DNA of 64,000 nt from Bacteroidia bacterium (GTDB lineage: Bacteria; Bacteroidota; Bacteroidia; UKL13-3): the NCBI GenBank assembly GCA_014376805.1, contig JACMQU010000178.1:69181-133180 (forward strand), read 5' to 3'. Position numbers and translations under genes: made by a program. Below, piece by piece: positions 39,058 to 49,148 of the stretch (positions within the stretch are counted from its first letter, which is position 1; each line of letters begins with the position of its first letter). Under the pieces are notes generated by a model, which made no database searches, was not told the origin of the DNA, and was given only the letters and a program-made list of their open reading frames with translations.

Positions 39058-40350
39058 ATGAAAAGATGGATGGATAATTTTCGGTCATCGGAGGTTTTAA
39101 ATGTATCTGTTTTTACGGCGATATCTACCTTTGTAAGGTTAGTTACTGCATTTGTATCGGCAAAAGTTATTGCCATATACCTTGGCCCGGAAGGATTGGG
39201 TTTGCTGGGGCAGTTATCTGGTTTTGTATCCATTGTTCTGGTATTATCTACCGGTGCAACCACAAATGGCGTTATTAAATACCTGGCAGAATATAATGGG
39301 GAGGCCAATAAGCAAGAAAGTATTATTAAGTCGTCATTGATTATTACCATTATAAGTTCTTTATTAATTGGTACAATCTTGGTTTTTTTTTCAGGTTACT
39401 GGTCAAACTTATTGTTTGGTTCTCATACCAACTATTCTTCCATTATTTTAATTTTCGGATTCACCTTAATATTTTATGCAGGTTCATCTTTGTTTGTTGC
39501 TATATTAAATGGACTTAAAGAATATAAAAAATATAATTATATAAATATCTGGTCAAGTTTGGCAGGTTTATTAATTTCCATAATTTTCATTACTTACTTG
39601 GGCTTGTATGGTGCTTTGTTGGCTGCGGTTACATCTCAATTAGCCATTTTTATTATTTTCCTTTATTATTTTTCAAGAGTTAAAACATTAAACTGGCGGA
39701 AAATTATAAATGCTTCTATAAATAAATTTGAATATTACAAACTGGCTAAGTTTTCTTTAATGGCAATTATTACATCTGCCTCAGTTCCTGTGTCTCAAAT
39801 TTTTATCAGAAATTATATTCTGGATAATGCAGATGCGGCAAGTATGGGTTATTATGAAGGAATAAACCGTATTTCTTTATTATACCTAAGCCTCATTACA
39901 ACAACACTTTCTGTATATTATTTGCCAAAGTTATCGGAAATAAAAAATGTGCAGTTATTGAGAAGAGAGATATTAAATGGGTATAAGCTGCTACTTCCAA
40001 TAACTTTGCTTATTTTATTAACAGTTTACCTCTTACGTAATATTCTAATTCGAATAGTATTTACAAGTTCGTTTGAACCCATTACAGCTTATTTTTTGCC
40101 TCAGTTAGTGGGAGACTTTTTTAAGATTGCAAGTTGGCTTCTCGCGTTTCAAATGTTGGCTAAAGCTATGACGGTTACTTTTATTATAACAGAAATATTT
40201 TTTTCGGCTACTTTAGTTATGTTGTCAGTTTATTTTATACAAATGTATGGTGGAGTAGGGGCTGTATATGCTTACGGCATTAATTATTTCTTGTATTTTA
40301 TTTGTATGATTATTGTTTTTAGAAAATTACTTATGAATAAGCAAATTTAA
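39058..40350 (+). CDS. Wzx-type polysaccharide/O-antigen flippase (MOP superfamily)
   Basis: 430 aa with about 12-14 TM helices and the overall polysaccharide-biosynthesis-protein architecture. Confidence 0.7.
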   Translation: MKRWMDNFRSSEVLNVSVFTAISTFVRLVTAFVSAKVIAIYLGPEGLGLLGQLSGFVSIVLVLSTGATTNGVIKYLAEYNGEANKQESIIKSSLIITIISSLLIGTILVFFSGYWSNLLFGSHTNYSSIILIFGFTLIFYAGSSLFVAILNGLKEYKKYNYINIWSSLAGLLISIIFITYLGLYGALLAAVTSQLAIFIIFLYYFSRVKTLNWRKIINASINKFEYYKLAKFSLMAIITSASVPVSQIFIRNYILDNADAASMGYYEGINRISLLYLSLITTTLSVYYLPKLSEIKNVQLLRREILNGYKLLLPITLLILLTVYLLRNILIRIVFTSSFEPITAYFLPQLVGDFFKIASWLLAFQMLAKAMTVTFIITEIFFSATLVMLSVYFIQMYGGVGAVYAYGINYFLYFICMIIVFRKLLMNKQI

Positions 40351-40358
40351 ATACTCAA

Positions 40359-41459
40359 ATGAGAATACTGCTGATAGGTGAAATGAGTAATGTGCACTGG
40401 ACACTTGCGGAAGGGCTAAGAGAACTGAACCATAAGGTTACAGTGGCTTCTGATGGACAGGATTGGAAAAAATATAAAAGAGACACGGATTATCTTTCTA
40501 AAGGGAAAATGGGAATGATCCGTTTTTTCTTTAAATATATCTTCTCATCCAGTTACAGAAGTTTTGATGTAGTGCAGTTTATAAATACAAATCAGTTATT
40601 TATAAGTAATTATAAATTTTTCAATTATCCTTTATTTGTTTACACCTTTTTATTTAATAAAAAAGTTTTTTTAAGTGCTTATGGCGATGATTATTTTTGG
40701 GTACATGCATGCCAAACGAATAAATACCGGTACACACCTTTTGACAGTAAAAATTTTTCTGAACTTAAAAATGAACACCTGGATTATTCTCTTGCATTTT
40801 TAGATAAAAACAAACAAAGTGATAATACCCTTATGGCAAATCGGGCTAATGGAATTATAGCAGGTTTGTATGAGTATTATCATGCATACCAACATTCTTC
40901 TTTTGCTGCCAAAACAATTTTTATTCCGTTCCCCATCAATATGAATGATTTAACTTATATCCCTAATAAAATAGGTTCAGATAATAAAATGAAAATATTT
41001 ATAGGTGTGCAAAAGTTAAGATCTGCCTGGAAAGGTACGGATGTATTAAATAAAATAATTCAAGAATTTGCAGAAACACATAAGGAAGAAGTACAGGTAA
41101 TGATTGCAGAAAGTCTACCATATGCTAAATACGTTAAAATGTATCAGCAATGTAATATCGTTGTAGACCAGTTGTATTCTTATAGTCCGGCTATGAATGC
41201 TTTAGGGGCAATGGCTCAGGGAAAAATTTTAATGGGTGGAGGGGAGCCGGAGATGTATGCCTTATATGGTGAAACAGAAAATTTTCCTATCATAAATGTT
41301 ATTCCCGATAAAGATCAAATCTGGAAACAATTAGAATATTTGTTGAAGAATAAAAAGAATTTTGAAAGTATGGGTTTAAAAAGCAGAGCATTTGTAGAAA
41401 AGTATCACAATCATATTGATGTGGCTCAAAAATATGTATCTTTCTGGGAGAAAATGTAA
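40359..41459 (+). CDS. putative glycosyltransferase, possibly WecF-like (GT56) by position
   Basis: 366 aa soluble protein with a Rossmann-like N-terminus (MRILLIGEM) and a GT-B-like C-terminal half. Sits immediately after wzx, as wecF does in ECA clusters. Sequence similarity to WecF was not verified. Confidence 0.35.
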   Translation: MRILLIGEMSNVHWTLAEGLRELNHKVTVASDGQDWKKYKRDTDYLSKGKMGMIRFFFKYIFSSSYRSFDVVQFINTNQLFISNYKFFNYPLFVYTFLFNKKVFLSAYGDDYFWVHACQTNKYRYTPFDSKNFSELKNEHLDYSLAFLDKNKQSDNTLMANRANGIIAGLYEYYHAYQHSSFAAKTIFIPFPINMNDLTYIPNKIGSDNKMKIFIGVQKLRSAWKGTDVLNKIIQEFAETHKEEVQVMIAESLPYAKYVKMYQQCNIVVDQLYSYSPAMNALGAMAQGKILMGGGEPEMYALYGETENFPIINVIPDKDQIWKQLEYLLKNKKNFESMGLKSRAFVEKYHNHIDVAQKYVSFWEKM

Positions 41460-41594
41460 TGAGTAAAAAGGCATTCTGGGAAACGTGATTTACAGTTTCT
41501 ATAATTATTGATGGTTAGTTTTTTTTAATCGATTATAAAACTTATTTTTTTTACTTATTACTGGTTTGGTCAATTAATTTGTCACAAAAGATTT

Positions 41595-42437
41595 ATGATT
41601 AGTGTTTCAGTTATAATGGCGGTTTATAATGGCGAGGATTATCTTGCTACAGCCATTGAAAGTATCCTTAATCAAAGTTTCAGAGATTTTGAATTTATTA
41701 TTGCTAATGATGGTTCAAGTGATAATTCATTAAATATTCTTGAACACTATGCCAAAATTGATAACAGAATTGTTGTTATTAACAATAAGCTTAACATTGG
41801 TTTACCGGCTTCTTTAAACCATTTAATAACAATTGCCAAAGGAATGCTTATTGCCCGTATGGATCATGATGATATAGCAAAAAACAACAGGCTTGCGAGA
41901 GAAGTTGAAGAATTTGAATCTGATCCGTTGGTTGATTTTGTTTTTTCCGGTACAACTTTAATTGATCACAATTCGGAGACTATATGTGAAAGTTGGCGTC
42001 CGCCTCTGAAAAAAGTATTAGACTATTTGCCATATTGTAATTTTATTCCCCATCCAACTGTAATGATAAAAAAGGAACTTTTTATTAAAAATGGGTTTTA
42101 CAGAACAGATATTTACCCGAAAGATGATATGGAGTTATGGAACAGGTTTAAGAAGACAGGAGCAAAATTTAGTTATATCAGGCAAAGCTTATTGTATTAT
42201 AGAATTAATCCGAAAAGCTCGCAGCAAATTGGTGATGGATATGCAAATGAAATCTATTATCTGTATATAGCGCAAGTGGCGTTAGGCAATAATGCTGGTA
42301 TAAAAATTTTAAAAAAGTACCTGGTAAAACTTGATTACAAAAATAGTCTGATGCTCATATTAAAAAATCTTGTGCCATTTAGTTTATTTACCCGTTACTA
42401 TTTGTATAAACTTAAAAAAAATTTAAAGGATTTATAA
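41595..42437 (+). CDS. family 2 glycosyltransferase
   Basis: VSVIMAVYNGEDYLATAIESILNQS ... IIANDGSSDNS ... DHDD: GT2 DxD-type signature. Confidence 0.8.
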   Translation: MISVSVIMAVYNGEDYLATAIESILNQSFRDFEFIIANDGSSDNSLNILEHYAKIDNRIVVINNKLNIGLPASLNHLITIAKGMLIARMDHDDIAKNNRLAREVEEFESDPLVDFVFSGTTLIDHNSETICESWRPPLKKVLDYLPYCNFIPHPTVMIKKELFIKNGFYRTDIYPKDDMELWNRFKKTGAKFSYIRQSLLYYRINPKSSQQIGDGYANEIYYLYIAQVALGNNAGIKILKKYLVKLDYKNSLMLILKNLVPFSLFTRYYLYKLKKNLKDL

Positions 42438-42479
42438 AGATTTCCTGACTTTAAAAAATGTGCATTATTATAAAAATTG

Positions 42480-43580
42480 TCATTGCTTAAGTATTGATTT
42501 ATAAACATGTTCCAGTTGTTGTATAAATGCTTTTATCGAATAATTTTCTGATTCCTTTAGAGCCTGCATACTTAATCTTTCTCTCAGTTCTGTATCATCC
42601 ATTAAACGAGTTATTAACCGAACAAAATCATCTTCATTTTTTGTATCCGCTAAAAATCCATAGGTATCTATTTTCATATTTCTATGGGCAGGAATATCAG
42701 ATGCAATAATTGGTATTCCGCAAGATATAAATTCAAGTATAGATAAAGGGGCACCTTCATATTTTGAAGCTGATACGGCAATTTGAGCTTTATTTAAAAA
42801 GAAATAGATATCATTAGTTTCGCCTGCAAAATTTATTTTATCAGACATATTCAGATTAATGGAGAGCTGTTTTAAATAGTTATACTCCTCACCCATGCCT
42901 ACAATGGTAAGCATCCATTCATTTTTAGATTGATGCTTACATATTCTTGCCCACATATTAATAATTAAATCTATCTGTTTTTCAGGTGCCAGCCTTCCTA
43001 AAACAATAATATTTTTGGGCCTGTTTGTTATAGGTAAAATGAGGGTGGGAGGCTTATCTGTTACATTTTTTATAACTACTATTCTTTCTTTTCTTATTCC
43101 GATAGAACTTGATAAAACTTCACTAACATATGGTGAGACCGCAATTACTTTTTTTCCTAGAAAACGAAATAACCAGTCCATAACTCTGTATAGAAGAAAT
43201 AACTTATTGCCTTTTGCAGGTTTTAAAGATCCTGACATTGTACTTAATCCAAAAGTTGAATGTAGGGTGGTAATTAAAGGTTTTTTTATTAAAATCGAGA
43301 CCATCCAAACCAACAGGGAGGCAAGACCAAAAGTATGATTATGCAGTACATCATAATGTTTAGCAATACGTGCAAAATTAATTATTCGACTAAAATTATT
43401 GCCATTAAGGTAATTAACAGGAACAGTGGCATTGTCGAAAATTGATGAGTTTTTTAATTTATTTGTTAAAAAAAGAATTTCTACCCGATGCCCTTTTTTT
43501 TGTAGTTCCTGTGTTGAGATATGTACTATTTTTTCAACCCCGCCGGTAGTGTTTGCTAATAGAATATACAGTATCTTCAT
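42480..43580 (-). CDS. family 4 (GT-B) glycosyltransferase
   Basis: 366 aa. C-terminal EX7E-type motif (SKYEGAPLSILEFISCGIPIIASD). It is the only minus-strand gene inside the locus. Confidence 0.8.
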   Translation of the reverse strand: MKILYILLANTTGGVEKIVHISTQELQKKGHRVEILFLTNKLKNSSIFDNATVPVNYLNGNNFSRIINFARIAKHYDVLHNHTFGLASLLVWMVSILIKKPLITTLHSTFGLSTMSGSLKPAKGNKLFLLYRVMDWLFRFLGKKVIAVSPYVSEVLSSSIGIRKERIVVIKNVTDKPPTLILPITNRPKNIIVLGRLAPEKQIDLIINMWARICKHQSKNEWMLTIVGMGEEYNYLKQLSINLNMSDKINFAGETNDIYFFLNKAQIAVSASKYEGAPLSILEFISCGIPIIASDIPAHRNMKIDTYGFLADTKNEDDFVRLITRLMDDTELRERLSMQALKESENYSIKAFIQQLEHVYKSILKQ

Positions 43581-43751
43581 TAATTATTTAACTTTGAGAA
43601 TTAGTATGTGCTCAAATATACCACTCAGATAAACAAATTTTTCAGAATGATTATCTGCTGCCAATAATAATCAGATCCTTTTATTTAAAAAATTTGTAAT
43701 TGATAGAAATTTGTGCATTTTTGAGAATTATGCCCTATTATAGCATATACC

Positions 43752-45038
43752 ATGAGGGTCATATTAATTTTTCTGGTTTTTTTTTATATGTATACCCCCG
43801 ATCTTCAATTTCTACCATTGTCTATAAGGGTATTAACAGGCTTGCTGGGTTTAAGCTTATATTTTATTGACATTGTAGGGAATGCATTTAAAACAGGGCA
43901 GGATACTTTTTTTAATAAAAATATTTTATCGTTTTGGCTTTGCTTGTTTTTGAGCATTCTTTATTGTTATGGTAGCTATTTTTATAATCTTTCAACTGAT
44001 CTGCCTTATATAACTTCCCTGTTTATAAGGTTTGCTATCCTTTTTGGATCAGCTTATTTTATTGTCAGACTCATTCGCATTAGCAAAATTGAATTTAATA
44101 TTTATCATATACTTAATACAATTATAACAGTTACATTTATTCAATGTGTAATTGCGTTGCTGTTATTTGTAAGTCCTGAAGTTAAAAGTGTTTTTGATTC
44201 TATCCAAAAAACAGCACGTAATCCACTACTTCTGGCATTAATGACAAAAGATATTGGTTCATACAGGATACTGGGATTTGGAACTGAATTTTTTGGTGCT
44301 GCTATAGAATCCAGCTTTAGTCTTATAAGTATCATTGCTATTGTAAGAAGCCAACATGAACTAAAGGGGATGAAGATAATAAGATATGGTTTTACATTTT
44401 TATTTATAGCTTTTGTTGGTATTCTTATGTCGAGAACAACTTTTATTGGCATTTTAATAAGTTTGATATTTTTGCATTTACCTAATCAAAAAAACATTGC
44501 CCGATCAAAGTTTTTACGCTTTATCTATTTAATTTTACTGTTAATGGTTTTTAGTATTCCTTATATTATAAGTAATGCAAAATACCAGCGCACATTTACA
44601 TTCGCATTTGAAGCATTCATTAACTATAAGGATGCAGGAACCCTCAGCACACAATCAAGTGATGCGCTTAAAGAATCTTATTATTGGCCCCAATCTGTTA
44701 AGACATATATAATAGGTGATGGTTATATGAGTGATCCTGCTCATCCCGAGTATTATTATATGGCAACTGATGTTGGATTTTTAAGACTTATTTATTTTGG
44801 AGGTATTGGATATTTATTAATCTGGTTTTCCGGAACTATTGCTATATGCAAGGTCGTATATAATAAGATTGGTAAAGAATCCTGGTTTTTTTTATATTCA
44901 ATAGTTTTGGTAACTTATTTATTGATAGTAAATTTAAAGGGTCTGGCAGATTTTTATAACCAGCTTTTACTGGTATTTATGGTTGCTGTAACCAGTAGTG
45001 CGAAGTTGGATTTAATAATTGAAGAAAAGTCTGCTTAA
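43752..45038 (+). CDS. Wzy-like O-antigen/capsule polymerase (polytopic membrane protein)
   Basis: 428 aa, about 10-12 TM segments with a large late periplasmic loop. Very AT-rich coding sequence, typical of wzy. Confidence 0.5.
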   Translation: MRVILIFLVFFYMYTPDLQFLPLSIRVLTGLLGLSLYFIDIVGNAFKTGQDTFFNKNILSFWLCLFLSILYCYGSYFYNLSTDLPYITSLFIRFAILFGSAYFIVRLIRISKIEFNIYHILNTIITVTFIQCVIALLLFVSPEVKSVFDSIQKTARNPLLLALMTKDIGSYRILGFGTEFFGAAIESSFSLISIIAIVRSQHELKGMKIIRYGFTFLFIAFVGILMSRTTFIGILISLIFLHLPNQKNIARSKFLRFIYLILLLMVFSIPYIISNAKYQRTFTFAFEAFINYKDAGTLSTQSSDALKESYYWPQSVKTYIIGDGYMSDPAHPEYYYMATDVGFLRLIYFGGIGYLLIWFSGTIAICKVVYNKIGKESWFFLYSIVLVTYLLIVNLKGLADFYNQLLLVFMVAVTSSAKLDLIIEEKSA

Positions 45039-46117
45039 TGATTAAAGAAGAGTTGGTATCTGTGCTTATTCCGTGTTATAATGCAGCACTTTATGTTGAG
45101 GCGGCTTTAGATTCTGTACTTTCGCAAACCTACCGAAACCTTGAGATCATTTTAATTGATGATGGTTCAACAGACAATACCTATGATAAACTAAATAAAA
45201 TAGCCTTAACAGATAAGCGGATAATACTGGTGAGAAATGAAAAAAATCTTGGCCTGATTAAATCTCTTAATAAAGGAATCGATATGGTTACCGGCCTGTA
45301 TATTGAACGGTTTGATGCGGATGATCTGATCTCTTCCAATCGAATCGAAAATCAGATTCTGGTGCTTACAACTCACCCTGAAATTTCGTTGCTTACTTCC
45401 TACGCAACTTACATTACACCTTCGGGAAAGTTTCATAGCCGGTCATCGTCATTTTATTGCACACGTACCCTGTCAGCAAAGTTTTTAACACTATTTGAAA
45501 CACCCCTGTTACATGCAGGTATGTTGATTAAAACAGAATTGTTAAAAGAACTCAGGTATGATGAAACGGAGGGGTCAAAGCACATTGAAGACTATGATCT
45601 TTTTACCAGGATTTTATTCAGGGATTTGCATATTTATGTAGATGCTTCAAGAAAGGGAATGTATTTTTACCGACGCAACTCTTTAAGTGTATCGGGTAGG
45701 AATAAGTTATTACAATTTGAAAATGCCGTACACAAATCTGAACTTAATATTAAAGAACTCCTGCATTATAATATTCCTGTTGAACTACTTCGGGTTATTA
45801 AATTAAATGAACCTGATAAGTGGCATAGTATGGTACTTTTGCGCTCAATAAAAGAATTGAAATATATTAAACTGTTGTATTGTAATAACCAAAAAAACAA
45901 ACTTAAGATTAAGGATTTCCGGCAAATAAATATATGGGTAGCTCAACGCCGTTTAAGGATGATTGCAATGGCTTTAATTAAAGGAACTTTTACTACCCGA
46001 TTGGCTGCCATATTTATTTTTATACTCAATATAGATATGCTGTTTTATGCCGAAACTTATAAAAGTATATTTGATAAAACAGTATGGTTTTTTAACAGTT
46101 TAAAGTATAAAAATTAA
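45038..46117 (+). CDS. family 2 glycosyltransferase
   Basis: VSVLIPCYNAALYVEAALDSVLSQTY ... ILIDDGSTDNT ... FDADD. Confidence 0.8.
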   Translation: MIKEELVSVLIPCYNAALYVEAALDSVLSQTYRNLEIILIDDGSTDNTYDKLNKIALTDKRIILVRNEKNLGLIKSLNKGIDMVTGLYIERFDADDLISSNRIENQILVLTTHPEISLLTSYATYITPSGKFHSRSSSFYCTRTLSAKFLTLFETPLLHAGMLIKTELLKELRYDETEGSKHIEDYDLFTRILFRDLHIYVDASRKGMYFYRRNSLSVSGRNKLLQFENAVHKSELNIKELLHYNIPVELLRVIKLNEPDKWHSMVLLRSIKELKYIKLLYCNNQKNKLKIKDFRQINIWVAQRRLRMIAMALIKGTFTTRLAAIFIFILNIDMLFYAETYKSIFDKTVWFFNSLKYKN

Positions 46118-46139
46118 AAATTAAAATAAATAAGATAGA

Positions 46140-47234
46140 ATGATAAAGATACTCATTATAAATTCTACTTTGGAACAGTCGGGAATAACAAATGTTATTT
46201 ACAATCTTTGCAAATACCTTAACCGGGAAATATTTGAGGTGCATATTCTTACTTTATCAGCAGAAAGTAGTAATACAAGGTGGAACGAATTCATTCAATT
46301 GAAAGTAAACCTGCACACCTTAAATTTAAACAGGTTTGAAGGACTTTTTATGCTAAAGAAGAAACTCAGAAAAGCAGTTGCCATTATTAATCCGGATGTT
46401 ATACAGACCATGAGTTACAGAGGCTCCTACTATTCATTTAGATTTTTGGAGAAATACAAAAAAGCAGTAACACTTCAGGGTAATATTTATGATAATTATA
46501 CCGATGAATATGGTAAACTAATAGGTGGCTTTTTTGCGTTTAACGAATGGCGTGCCTTTAATAAAGCAAACCTGCAAATACTTTGTTCAAATTCTTTAAA
46601 AAAATTTTATTCCCAAAATAGAGATCTTAAAGTTATTCAAAATGGTGCCGACGGTGCGTATTTTTATGTGCCTCTATTACTAGAAAAGAAAACCTTAAGA
46701 ATAAATTTAAAATTGCCAGCTTCTAAAAATATATTTATAACTGTTGGATCACTCAATAAAAGAAAAGATCCGCTAACAATTATAAAAGCTTTTATTAATT
46801 CAAACAGAACGTCAGATTCCATATTAATAATTGTTGGCGAAGGGCCTTTAATGAAAACGTGTGTGAAGAATGTGCAACACTCGCCTCAGGTTATTTTTAC
46901 CGGTAATGTAAAAATCGTACCTGACTATTATAAAGCTGCCGATGTTTTTATTTCTGCCTCTTATTCTGAAGGTCTGCCAAATACTGTTTTAGAGGCGGGA
47001 TTATGTGGCATCAAATGTTTTCTCTCCGATATTCCCCAGCATAGAGAAATTTTTGATACAACTAGTGATCAGGCAACATTTTTTGAAAAAGGTAAAGTAG
47101 AGCAACTCATTACCCTTTTTAATTCTTTCCAGGTTCAGTCTTATCCTCAGTCAATAAAATTGAACGCGAAAATGATGGCTGACCAATACGGTGAATCATA
47201 CGCAGCCCTTATTCAACCTAAAGTTATTAGATAA
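46140..47234 (+). CDS. family 4 (GT-B) glycosyltransferase
   Basis: 364 aa. SASYSEGLPNTVLEAGLCGIKCFLSD EX7E-type motif. Confidence 0.75.
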   Translation: MIKILIINSTLEQSGITNVIYNLCKYLNREIFEVHILTLSAESSNTRWNEFIQLKVNLHTLNLNRFEGLFMLKKKLRKAVAIINPDVIQTMSYRGSYYSFRFLEKYKKAVTLQGNIYDNYTDEYGKLIGGFFAFNEWRAFNKANLQILCSNSLKKFYSQNRDLKVIQNGADGAYFYVPLLLEKKTLRINLKLPASKNIFITVGSLNKRKDPLTIIKAFINSNRTSDSILIIVGEGPLMKTCVKNVQHSPQVIFTGNVKIVPDYYKAADVFISASYSEGLPNTVLEAGLCGIKCFLSDIPQHREIFDTTSDQATFFEKGKVEQLITLFNSFQVQSYPQSIKLNAKMMADQYGESYAALIQPKVIR

Positions 47235-47447
47235 TAATTGAATACGGAATAAAGGTGAATAAAAATTGAATCTTTAAACTTACCGGAAGAAGTGTGGGAG
47301 CGGATAAAATATTGTATTATCGCTTTAATTTATTAAGAAAAAAGAAACCCGGAACCAGGAGAGAAGGGGGTAATGGTTTTATAAAGTTATTTTATAACAA
47401 AATAAAATCCATTGGGGCGCAACAGGTGAAAATGTAAGTAAACTTAA

Positions 47448-48263
47448 ATGCTTGAAAAAATAAAAATATCAGCCTCAATTGTGCTTTATAACACCCCTGA
47501 TGAGGCATTAAGAAAAGCTGTTCAATGGTTTTTGAATGCACCCTTTAAAGTAAAACTTTTTTTAATAGATAACTCTCCGGTGCGCAAAGAATCAACATTA
47601 TTGGATCATCCGGATATCGTTTATATTTTCAATAACAGTAATATGGGTTATGGTAAAGCACATAATATTGCTCTAAAAAAAGTTGTTGCAGAAAGCGATT
47701 ATCATATGGTGCTCAACCCCGATATTGAAATGACAAATGAAACTTTAGAAGCCTGTATAGTCTATATGTATCAAAATGTTAATATAGGTTTGCTCATGCC
47801 TAAGGTATTGTACCCTGACGGACAATTACAATATCTTTGTAAAATGATGCCCACGCCTTTTGACCTTATCATGCGAAGATTTATACCCGGATTTTTGAAG
47901 CCTGTTTTTCAGAAACGAATGGATGCATATGAACTGAAACACAAGAATTTTAATGAAACTATGGAGATTCCTAATCTTTCCGGCTGCTTTATGTTACTGC
48001 GATGTGAGGCCATTAAAACAGTTGGTTTTTTTGATGAAAACTTTTTTATGTACCTGGAAGATACCGACCTCAGTCGCCGGATAAACAGCCAGTATCAGAC
48101 AATCTATTATCCTAAAGTTTCAATTATCCATCATTATGAAAAGGGTTCCTATAAAAATTATAAATTGCTGCTGTATCATATTCGTTCCGCATTCTATTAT
48201 TTCAGCAAATGGGGATGGTTACTTGATTCATCCAGAAATACCATTAACAGATTATTAAAATAA
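47448..48263 (+). CDS. family 2 glycosyltransferase (WbbL-like rhamnosyl/hexosyltransferase type)
   Basis: ISASIVLYNTPDE ... LIDNSP ... YLEDTD motif pattern as in WbbL-type GT2 enzymes. Confidence 0.7.
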   Translation: MLEKIKISASIVLYNTPDEALRKAVQWFLNAPFKVKLFLIDNSPVRKESTLLDHPDIVYIFNNSNMGYGKAHNIALKKVVAESDYHMVLNPDIEMTNETLEACIVYMYQNVNIGLLMPKVLYPDGQLQYLCKMMPTPFDLIMRRFIPGFLKPVFQKRMDAYELKHKNFNETMEIPNLSGCFMLLRCEAIKTVGFFDENFFMYLEDTDLSRRINSQYQTIYYPKVSIIHHYEKGSYKNYKLLLYHIRSAFYYFSKWGWLLDSSRNTINRLLK

Positions 48264-48268
48264 TTTAT

Positions 48269-49018
48269 TTGAAAGTATCTATTATTACTACAGTTCTGTC
48301 TAACAGAAAATGCCTTAGCGATGCAATGGAATCTGTACTTAATCAGGTGCATGATGATATAGAATATATTATAGTAGATGGTGGATCTACTGATGGTACT
48401 GTAGAACTAATAAGGTCGTATGGCAATAAAGTAACAAAGTTTTTAACAGAGCCTGATGAGGGCATGTATGATGCCTTAAATAAAGGTATTCAAATGGCCA
48501 CGGGTGACATTATAGCCATTATTAATTCTGATGATTTTTATGTGAACCGACATGTTATTTCACAGGTTGTTCATGCCTTCGAAGAACATAAATGTGATGC
48601 TGTTTATTCTAATCTGTATTATATAAGTAATACAGATAAAGAAAAAATTATACGCACCTGGGATGCGGGCAGGTATCATTATGATAGTTTTTATAAAGGG
48701 TGGATGCCTCCTCATCCGGCATTTTTTGTAAAGCGTGAAGTGTACCAGAAATATGGTTCATTTAATACCCGGTTAAAGCTTTCAGCAGATTATGAATTAA
48801 TGCTTCGATTTATTTTAAAACATAAAATAAAAATTTATTACCTGCCAAAATTTTTTATAAAAATGAGAGTAGGAGGAAACAGTAACCGAAATTTAACTAA
48901 CAGATTAAAAGCTAATATGGAAGACAGGGAAGCCTGGAAAATAAATAAAATAAAACCAGGATTCTTTACCTTGTTATTAAAGCCATTTTCTAAAATATTC
49001 CAATATAGAATGAATTAA
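48269..49018 (+). CDS. family 2 glycosyltransferase
   Basis: VSIITTVLSNRKCLSDAMESVLNQ ... IIVDGGSTDGT ... INSDDFY. Confidence 0.8.
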   Translation: MKVSIITTVLSNRKCLSDAMESVLNQVHDDIEYIIVDGGSTDGTVELIRSYGNKVTKFLTEPDEGMYDALNKGIQMATGDIIAIINSDDFYVNRHVISQVVHAFEEHKCDAVYSNLYYISNTDKEKIIRTWDAGRYHYDSFYKGWMPPHPAFFVKREVYQKYGSFNTRLKLSADYELMLRFILKHKIKIYYLPKFFIKMRVGGNSNRNLTNRLKANMEDREAWKINKIKPGFFTLLLKPFSKIFQYRMN

Positions 49019-49148
49019 CTTTACTCTGAAGAAGTGTTAGCTGATATGGTAAGAATATACTATTATTGACTATAAACATGGCTTAATTCTTAAATTGTTA
49101 ATTGGTTGTTTTTGTATATTTTTGATGAATTAACTCCTTGTATTTAGT

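Noticed and set aside
47330-47362. GC-rich patch (CCCGGAACCAGGAGAGAAGGGGG) considered as a possible SRP RNA or RNase P RNA fragment
   Set aside because: There is no match to the conserved SRP domain IV or RNase P P4 sequences by eye, and it is too short. Retained only as part of the gap finding.
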